Assembly (NCBI GenBank): GCA_963827685.1
Contig: CAWHBU010000001.1
Span: 352,001 to 416,000, forward strand
Reading direction: 5' to 3'
From: an uncultured delta proteobacterium
Lineage (GTDB): Bacteria; Desulfobacterota; BSN033; UBA1163
Length of the DNA: 64,000 nucleotides
Below are positions 57,390-64,000 of this stretch, one piece after another. Below the pieces are notes generated by a model. That model searched no databases. It was given only the letters and a program-made list of their open reading frames with translations, and was not told where the DNA came from. Every line of letters starts with the position of its first letter. Position 1 is the stretch's first letter. Both the position numbers and the translations under genes were made by a program.

Positions 57390-57683
57390 TTACCTGTTCC
57401 TATCTCTTCTGCCTTTGAACTCGCCACCCTTTTTTTTCTGAGGTCTGGCCTCGCTCACGATCAAGGTCCGTTCCATAAAGGTCTTCCCATTGACGAGGGA
57501 GATTGCCTTCTCCGCCTCTGCCTCGGAGGTCATCTCCACAAAACCAAATCCTCTGGACCTCCCTGAATACGAATCGGTGACGATTTTGACGGACTGGACT
57601 GCTCCTGCTTCAGAGAAGAGTTTCTTCAGATCTTCTTCTGAAGCTCCGAAGGAGAGATTTCCGATGTACAGTTTCACGTTCAT
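57390..57683 (-). CDS. RRM (RNP-1) RNA-binding protein
   Basis: RNP2 LYIGNL, RNP1 RGFGFVEM, VSEARP. Confidence 0.95.
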   Translation of the reverse strand: MNVKLYIGNLSFGASEEDLKKLFSEAGAVQSVKIVTDSYSGRSRGFGFVEMTSEAEAEKAISLVNGKTFMERTLIVSEARPQKKKGGEFKGRRDRNR

Positions 57684-57903
57684 TTTTTCTCCTCCATCAA
57701 TGCTAAAACCTCCAGAACTTTCTTGAGAACTCCTGGGGGTTCCTGAAAACTTCTTACAAAGTTCAGTTATTTGTATTTATGGACTAAATTTCAGCATCTG
57801 TCAAGCTAAATTCTGAGTGTAACAAAAATTTGACATTTAAATTGAGTTCATATATATCACTCATATATAATATATAGTATACAGTAGTATATTGGGACAC
57901 ACT

Positions 57904-57921
57904 TTGTGAAAGATTTATCAG
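57904..57921. promoter_or_regulatory. Possible Rex (NADH-sensing repressor) box upstream of nfnAB
   Basis: TTGTGAA-AGAT-TTATCAG versus consensus TTGTGAA-n4-TTCACAA; the right half is degenerate. Confidence 0.3.
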
Positions 57922-57936
57922 AAAGGAGGGGGAAAA

Positions 57937-58770
57937 TTGCACAAGATTACCTATAAAAGAGAGATGGCTGAGAAAACGGTGTGCCATTTTAAGGTAGAGG
58001 CACCCCGAATTGCGCGGAAGGCAAAGCCAGGACAGTTTGTTGTATTAAAAGCTAACGAAACGGGCGAGAGAATTCCTTTGACCATGGGAGGGACCGATCC
58101 GGCTACAGGGATGATCGACCTGATCTTTCAAGTTGTTGGAAAGTCCACGGCTCTCCTAAGAACCCTCAACGTAGGCGATTCCATCCAGGATATCATCGGG
58201 CCACTGGGAAAACCGACCCATATTGAAAATATTGGAACGGTGATCTGTGTGGGAGGTGGAACAGGCGTTGCCGTGATGTACCCGATCACCAAAGCTTACA
58301 AAGAGGCAGGGAACAACGTGATCGCTATCATTGGTGCTCGAACAAAAGACCTCCTGATCTTAGAAGATGAAATGAAAGCAGCCAGTCACGATCTGAGGGT
58401 GACGACGGATGACGGGAGTTATGGTCATCACGGATTTGTGACCGATGTCCTCCGCAAAATTTTGGATGAACAGAAAGATGTGAAATTGATCGTGGGGATT
58501 GGCCCTGTGCCGATGATGAAGTTTTTATGCAAATTGACAAAGGAATATGGGGTCAAGACGATGGTAAGTTTGAATCCCATCATGGTGGATGCAACTGGAA
58601 TGTGCGGGGCCTGCCGGGTCACGGTGGGAGGCAAGACGAAATTTTGCTGTGTGGATGGCCCGGAATTTGATGGTCATGAAGTCGACTATGATGAGTTGGT
58701 AAAACGGCAAAGGGCCTATCTCACAGAGGAGAAGGTGTCCATGGAACAATTTACGACAGCAGGAAAATAA
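57937..58770 (+). CDS. nfnA: NfnA/SudB small subunit of electron-bifurcating transhydrogenase
   Basis: KPGQF, GERIPLT, GPLG, GGGTG, MVDATGMCGACRV...CVDGPEFD. Confidence 0.88.
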   Translation: MHKITYKREMAEKTVCHFKVEAPRIARKAKPGQFVVLKANETGERIPLTMGGTDPATGMIDLIFQVVGKSTALLRTLNVGDSIQDIIGPLGKPTHIENIGTVICVGGGTGVAVMYPITKAYKEAGNNVIAIIGARTKDLLILEDEMKAASHDLRVTTDDGSYGHHGFVTDVLRKILDEQKDVKLIVGIGPVPMMKFLCKLTKEYGVKTMVSLNPIMVDATGMCGACRVTVGGKTKFCCVDGPEFDGHEVDYDELVKRQRAYLTEEKVSMEQFTTAGK

Positions 58771-58781
58771 GGGGGTTTGAG

Positions 58782-60194
58782 ATGGCAGAGAAAGAAGAAA
58801 AAGAGAAAAAACAAAAAGTCCCAAGGCAGAAAATGCCTGAGCAGGAACCCAAAGTGAGGGCGAGGAATTTTGATGAGGTTCCTTTTGGATACACACCCGA
58901 ATTGGCGCAGTTGGAAGCGAGTCGCTGTCTTCAATGCAAGAAACCGAAATGTATTGAGGGATGTCCGGTGGAAGTCGAGATCCCGGCTTTTGTTAAACTT
59001 ATTTCGGACGGTGATTTTGCCGGGGCAGCGCGGAAATTGAAATTACGAAACAGTCTCCCTGCCGTTTGCGGCCGCGTCTGTCCTCAAGAGGACCAGTGCG
59101 AAAAGGTTTGCATCGTTGGAAAAAAGGATCAACCGGTTGCTGTCGGCAGATTGGAGCGATTTGCTGCGGATTGGGAGAGAACGAAAGGAGAAGTCACCAT
59201 TCCTGAAAAAGCTCCTGCCACAGGGAAGAAAGTGGCGGTCGTGGGATCTGGACCAGCAGGTTTGACCCTGGCAGGGGATCTTATTCTTAAAGGACATGAG
59301 GTCACGATTTTTGAAGCCCTCCATAAAACCGGAGGCGTTCTGATCTACGGAATTCCGGAATTCCGTCTTCCCAAGGCGATTGTCCAGGCAGAGGTCAACT
59401 ATTTGGAGAAATTGGGTGTCAAGGTAGAGTGTAACTGCGTCATCGGAAGGATCGAGACCGTTGATGAGCTCCTGAAGGAATATAATGCTGTATTCTTGGG
59501 TTTGGGCGCAGGTCTTCCCCAGTTTTTGAATGTCCCCGGAGAGAACTATTGCGGCATCTATTCAGCCAATGAATATCTCACCCGGTCCAATTTGATGAAG
59601 GCATACCTCTTTCCTAAATATGATACGCCGATTGCCCGGGGGAAAAATGTGGCGGTCTTTGGAGCAGGGAATGTGGCCATGGATTCAGCGAGAACCGCCC
59701 TCCGATTAGGGGCGGATACCGTTCGGATCATCTACCGCCGATCGAGGGATGAGATGCCGGCTCGTATCGAAGAGGTTCACCATGCAGAAGAAGAGGGCGT
59801 TCAATTCTATCTTCTCACGGCTCCTACAAAATTTTTGGGAGACGATAATGGTTGGGTAACCGGCGTGGAATGCCTCCGGATGGAATTGGGAGAGCCTGAC
59901 GAGTCAGGAAGACGCAGGCCGGTTCCCATCAAGGGTTCAGAATTTCAATTGGAGTGCGATCTGGCAGTGGTGGCCATTGGCGCAGGCGCCAACCCACTTC
60001 TTCCTACACAGACACCGGGTCTGGAGCTGAATAAGAGAGGTTATATCGTGGCTGACCTTGAAACCGGAAAGACCACGAAACCCCGAGTTTGGGCAGGAGG
60101 AGATATCGTGACCGGTTCAGCCACTGTTATTCTTGCGATGGGTGCAGGAAGGAAGGCGGCCAATTCGATTCACGAGTATTTGATGGGTAAGTAG
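58782..60194 (+). CDS. nfnB: NfnB/SudA large subunit (GltD-like)
   Basis: RCLQCKKPKCIEGCP, CGRVCPQEDQCE, GSGPAG, GAGNVAMD, GGDIVTG; adjacent to nfnA with no gltB nearby. Confidence 0.88.
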   Translation: MAEKEEKEKKQKVPRQKMPEQEPKVRARNFDEVPFGYTPELAQLEASRCLQCKKPKCIEGCPVEVEIPAFVKLISDGDFAGAARKLKLRNSLPAVCGRVCPQEDQCEKVCIVGKKDQPVAVGRLERFAADWERTKGEVTIPEKAPATGKKVAVVGSGPAGLTLAGDLILKGHEVTIFEALHKTGGVLIYGIPEFRLPKAIVQAEVNYLEKLGVKVECNCVIGRIETVDELLKEYNAVFLGLGAGLPQFLNVPGENYCGIYSANEYLTRSNLMKAYLFPKYDTPIARGKNVAVFGAGNVAMDSARTALRLGADTVRIIYRRSRDEMPARIEEVHHAEEEGVQFYLLTAPTKFLGDDNGWVTGVECLRMELGEPDESGRRRPVPIKGSEFQLECDLAVVAIGAGANPLLPTQTPGLELNKRGYIVADLETGKTTKPRVWAGGDIVTGSATVILAMGAGRKAANSIHEYLMGK

Positions 60195-60258
60195 CGTCGG
60201 CATTTACTGCTGACGGAATCTATTCGCCCCCAATAAATGGGGGCGCTACAATGAACGG

Positions 60259-60290
60259 AAGGGCAGAGCCATCTGGTTCTGCCCTTTTTC
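60259..60290 (+). terminator. Intrinsic terminator after nfnAB
   Basis: AAGGGCAGAGCCA-tc-TGGTTCTGCCCTTTTT; a second hairpin lies at about 60225-60246. Confidence 0.75.
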
Positions 60291-60419
60291 ATTCCATAAA
60301 TTTATGCAGAGATCTTTCCATTTTTCTTGATCATATAAAGGTGGACATACTTTCGGGGGGAGAAATCAAGGCTTCTTCTGTAAATGATCTCGTGAAAGAT
60401 TGACATCTTTTGGGAGTTT

Positions 60420-60854
60420 ATGAAGATCTTGGTAGATGCAGATGCCTGTCCCAGATCCGTTTTGCAGATCTGCATGAGACTTGGACGAAAATACGATATC
60501 CCTGTCTGGACGGTGGCCAGTTTCAATCACGATATAGAGGCGGATCATCATTTCGTAGTGGGAGACGATTCTCAGGAAGCGGATATGAAGATCATGAATC
60601 TAACCGAGGCAGGAGATGTAGTCGTAACAGGGGATTGGGGATTGGCAGCGATCGTGCTGGGGAAGGGAGCGAAATGTGCGAGCCCCATGGGCAGGGAGTT
60701 TCATCCGGAAAAGATTGGGTTCTTATTGGAGGAGCGCGAGGTCAAGGCGAAAATCCGCCGGGGAGGTGGTAGAACAAAAGGGCCGAAGAAGAGAACATTG
60801 GCAGATGATCAGCGATTCGAGATTCGTTTGGAAAAGATTCTTTTGGGAGAGTGA
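60420..60854 (+). CDS. YaiI/YqxD (DUF188) family protein
   Basis: [35 protein letters not shown]. Confidence 0.92.
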   Translation: MKILVDADACPRSVLQICMRLGRKYDIPVWTVASFNHDIEADHHFVVGDDSQEADMKIMNLTEAGDVVVTGDWGLAAIVLGKGAKCASPMGREFHPEKIGFLLEEREVKAKIRRGGGRTKGPKKRTLADDQRFEIRLEKILLGE

Positions 60855-61255
60855 AGGCGATACTTTATCTTTCAGGCACGTGGACGCTCCCTTTCGGTAC
60901 GCATGCCAACATTCTGCGGCAGCTTGTGTGTCCCCACTTTCCTCAACAGGTTGAAATAACTTGGGTTGAAAATTCGGTGATGTCGGCAGAATTTTCAGGG
61001 TAACTATTTTGTCACGTCGGGTATCCGGTATGGAGTCGAACCCTCAAAACATCCTCCTCGCCCTCGCCACCTTTACCTTCCAGATGCCCGACCGCGACTC
61101 CGATTCCCCTATTCCTTCTCCCTCGACTGTTAAGTTGTCTTGGAACCTACATTCCATCCTTGTGTGAAAAGAGAGCACGGTTCCATAAAAACTGACCTTG
61201 AAAAAAAAGTGTTTTCCTTTTACGTTAAGGGTACAAATTTTAGGAGGATAATACT

Positions 61256-62788
61256 ATGGAAAAGTTTCCTTGGTGGAATGAAGCACAGATTGAACTTGCT
61301 GAGGATGCCAAGAAGTTTACCGACGAGGTTTTAATTCCTATTGGCGAGCGCGATGCCCTGAAGAAAGTTTTTAGTTGGGAGGGTGTGAAGCAGATGGCTT
61401 CCAAAGGCTGGTTCGGCGCACTGATTCCGAAAAAATACGGCGGCCATGCTGAAGAGTGGGGCGTCACGGGTGCCGCCATCATCCTTGAAGAGACGTCGCG
61501 TGCTGCGGAACTCGGCGGTCCTCTCGGAACCACGATGTACGGCAGCGCCACCCAGATCGTCCACAACGGCAACGAGGAGCAAAAACAGAAGTGGCTGCCC
61601 AGGATAGGGAAGGGCGAGCTTGTCGGCTGCATTACCATGACTGAACCGTATGCCGGTTCCGATGTCGCCGCCATAGAATCAACCGCTGTCCGCGAGGGTG
61701 ATTTCTATATCATCAACGGGAGAAAACGCTACCAGACTGTTGCCGCCGCCGCAGACCTGTACATGTGCTATTTCCTGACAAGCTCGAGGCCGGAAGACAA
61801 AATGGCGTACACTCACCTCAGCGCTTTCGTGGTGGAGAAGGGAACCCCCGGTTTCCACACTGAGAAAGTGAATGATACGATGGGCTATGACGGTCTTTAC
61901 AATTGCTATTTGAGTTTTGATAACGCCAGAGTTCCTGTTTTCAACCGCCTGGGAGAGGAAGGCCAAGGCTGGAGGATCATGATGGGCGGCCTCAATGTCG
62001 AGAGGATTCTCAATGCCGCCCCGACGCTTGGGCCCATGCGCGAGTGCATCCGCTACACCCAGCAGCATCTGGAAAGGCGCGTGCAGTTCGGTCGGCCCAC
62101 AGGCGACATCGCCACCAACCAGTTCAAGCTGGCGGACATGATCTGGAAGCTTTATCTCAGCAGATTGGTCGTATACTACGGTGCTTACTGTGCCGACCTT
62201 GGCCGTGACGTGCCGGTGGAGGCAGCCATCTCCAAGATGTTCGCCAGCGATTCCGCCATGGAAACGGCTATCGAGGCAGTGCAGTGTATGGGCGGTAACG
62301 GCATCATGAAGATCTACCCGGTGGAACGGATCATGCGTGATGCCAAGCACGGGCAGATAGCTGCCGGAACTTCAGAGATCCTCAAGCTGCTCATCTACCG
62401 CCAGGGCGTGAGGGAGATGAAGGCCGACCTTAAGGTTCCGCAAAGAGCGATCGATCCTGATCTCAAGTTACCTTTGCCGGTCGGCAAACCGCTACCGAAG
62501 AAGCCAGGCAAGAGTGAGGAGGACGTGTTCAAAGTACTTGCCGAGAATTACAGGGTGAACCCCGGCCTGCACATGACGATGGAGGACATCAAGGAATGGC
62601 TCGATATTTCGGACGCAGACCTGGTGAAATTCCTGGAGAGTCTTGAGAAGCAAGGCTTTGCCGGTCTCTACCGCACCCGCAAGGGCATTTCTCTTGTCAG
62701 GGTGACTTACACGGGCCTTCAAAAGGCCCACCCGCCCGAGTATTACCGTTACATCCCAGCTTGGGCCGATCCCAAAGACGTGTTTTAA
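61256..62788 (+). CDS. Acyl-CoA dehydrogenase with C-terminal winged-helix-like extension
   Basis: MTEPYAGSD, RVQFG, MGGNG, IAAGTSE, then about 120 extra residues. Confidence 0.9.
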   Translation: MEKFPWWNEAQIELAEDAKKFTDEVLIPIGERDALKKVFSWEGVKQMASKGWFGALIPKKYGGHAEEWGVTGAAIILEETSRAAELGGPLGTTMYGSATQIVHNGNEEQKQKWLPRIGKGELVGCITMTEPYAGSDVAAIESTAVREGDFYIINGRKRYQTVAAAADLYMCYFLTSSRPEDKMAYTHLSAFVVEKGTPGFHTEKVNDTMGYDGLYNCYLSFDNARVPVFNRLGEEGQGWRIMMGGLNVERILNAAPTLGPMRECIRYTQQHLERRVQFGRPTGDIATNQFKLADMIWKLYLSRLVVYYGAYCADLGRDVPVEAAISKMFASDSAMETAIEAVQCMGGNGIMKIYPVERIMRDAKHGQIAAGTSEILKLLIYRQGVREMKADLKVPQRAIDPDLKLPLPVGKPLPKKPGKSEEDVFKVLAENYRVNPGLHMTMEDIKEWLDISDADLVKFLESLEKQGFAGLYRTRKGISLVRVTYTGLQKAHPPEYYRYIPAWADPKDVF

Positions 62789-62800
62789 TCTCAGTAACCT

Positions 62801-62829
62801 CGCTCCTCGCAGCAGAGCTGCGAGGAGCA
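62801..62829. repeat. REP-like or terminator hairpin
   Basis: GCTCCTCGCAGC-AGA-GCTGCGAGGAGC perfect stem. Confidence 0.55.
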
Positions 62830-63022
62830 GTGAGTACAATTCTATTGTGACGGCTTGGTCTTGAGATGTGAATTAGGAAGTGGAATTGGAGTCATCCTTC
62901 ATCCATAATAGGTTCATCCGTTCACAATCCTCAATCGTCACTTTTAAGCGTTTAGTAAAAATAAACTACGACTGATATGAATTTCCCCGTTGATCATTGA
63001 TTGAAATTGAGAGGGGTAGAGT

Positions 63023-63964
63023 ATGGGCTATTTAAGTGTCTGTGTCATGGGTGTGGGTGGTGTGGGAGGTTATTTCGGAGGGAAATTAGCCCATACCTTC
63101 TCTTCAAATCCTGAGTCTCCTGTCAATATCTTTTTTGTGGCCCGTGGAAAGCAACTTGAGGCAATCAAACAAAATGGACTTGTCCTTAAATCTCCTGAGT
63201 TCGGAAGTATCCGTTGTAGACCAAAGCTCGCTACGGAGAGAATCAGTGATCTTCCCCCCATTGACCTCTTTTTTATTTGTGTGAAAGGATATGACCTCAC
63301 GGAGGTTGCCGCTTCCATTAAAGATTACATCAAGGAGAAGACTATTATTTTGCCTCTTTTGAATGGCGCAGACGTTCGGGAAAGACTTCGCACTAAAGTT
63401 AAGACGGGAATCATTCTTCCTGCCTGTGTCTACATCTCTGTCCATATCGAAGAACCAGGGGTCGTCGCCCATATTGGAAAACCAGGGAAAATGATCTTTG
63501 GGAAAGATCCGGATCATCCTGATTACATCCCTCATGAAATATTCAGGGTTTTTGAAAAATCCTCAATTGATTATGAGTGGAAGGATGATGCCAATCCGGC
63601 CATCTGGGAGAAGTATCTATTCATCGCCAGTTTCGGCCTGGTCTCGGCTCGGTATCATCGAACTCTCGGAGAAATTTTGGAGGAGCCCTTGCTGAGAGAA
63701 GAGGTGATCGGAATTATGAATGAAGTTCATTCCATTGCTTTGAAGAAGAATATTAGACTGCCTGACGGAATTGTAGATCTTTCTCTCAAGAATGCAGCCA
63801 TGTTTCCCCACGACACACAAACCTCATTACAGAGAGATATCCAACAGAAGAAAGGTAAAAGTGAGCTGGAGCTTTTCGGTGGTACGATTATCGATCTCGG
63901 GAAAAAATTGGGCATCCCCACGCCAACGACAAGAAAAATATATCTTGAATTGGAAGGAGTCTAA
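63023..63964 (+). CDS. panE: 2-dehydropantoate 2-reductase (ketopantoate reductase family)
   Basis: GVGGVGGYFG, ARG, CVKGY, LLNG, IWEK, TSLQRD, SELE. Confidence 0.88.
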   Translation: MGYLSVCVMGVGGVGGYFGGKLAHTFSSNPESPVNIFFVARGKQLEAIKQNGLVLKSPEFGSIRCRPKLATERISDLPPIDLFFICVKGYDLTEVAASIKDYIKEKTIILPLLNGADVRERLRTKVKTGIILPACVYISVHIEEPGVVAHIGKPGKMIFGKDPDHPDYIPHEIFRVFEKSSIDYEWKDDANPAIWEKYLFIASFGLVSARYHRTLGEILEEPLLREEVIGIMNEVHSIALKKNIRLPDGIVDLSLKNAAMFPHDTQTSLQRDIQQKKGKSELELFGGTIIDLGKKLGIPTPTTRKIYLELEGV

Positions 63965-64000
63965 CCCCCGCAATATCCATACACCTCAAAAGCCTCTCGC

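Noticed and set aside
58782-60194. Glutamate synthase
   Set aside because: No large subunit gltB; pairing with the NfnA/SudB-type gene indicates NfnAB.
61030-61046. tRNA T-arm-like GGTTCGACTCC on the minus strand
   Set aside because: No acceptor stem, D-arm or anticodon arm could be built around it.
606-63921. Many antisense or alternate-frame ORFs in the track (e.g. 13490-13999, 32285-32848, 49418-49981, 61679-62350)
   Set aside because: They overlap well-supported genes and show no motifs or SD sequences; treated as shadow ORFs.
1-64000. CRISPR array, rRNA or tRNA genes
   Set aside because: No regularly spaced repeat-spacer units, rRNA-like stretch or full cloverleaf was seen by eye. tRNAscan and Infernal were not run.

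Overview
Chromosomal window from an anaerobic deltaproteobacterium-like organism (Desulfobacterota-type gene content; taxon is an inference). It is mostly housekeeping and metabolic: pxpABC, hcp, glgX, glpK, mtgA, an M42 peptidase, a TetR-led carboxylic-acid uptake and beta-oxidation operon, nfnAB, rpsU, cold-shock and RRM genes, and panE. The most striking locus is 51987-55202: a CdbA-like ribbon-helix-helix gene, a HEAT-repeat gene, a ParA that closely resembles Myxococcus PomZ, and two paralogous coiled-coil genes that both carry a PomX-like N-terminal peptide. This looks like a compact PomXYZ-type positioning system outside the myxobacteria. Other notable items: a 1310-aa NACHT protein with a C-terminal PD-(D/E)xK nuclease (probable defence gene), a DedA-rhodanese fusion with an in-frame UGA (probable selenocysteine), two unannotated small ORFs, two genes that need ATA/ATT starts, an IS-derived element between an HcpR-type site and hcp, several 7- and 8-bp periodic inverted-repeat elements, gene remnants, and four frameshifts that may be sequencing errors. 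No rRNA, tRNA or CRISPR array was seen. Family assignments come from motif reading and remembered homologs, not database searches.
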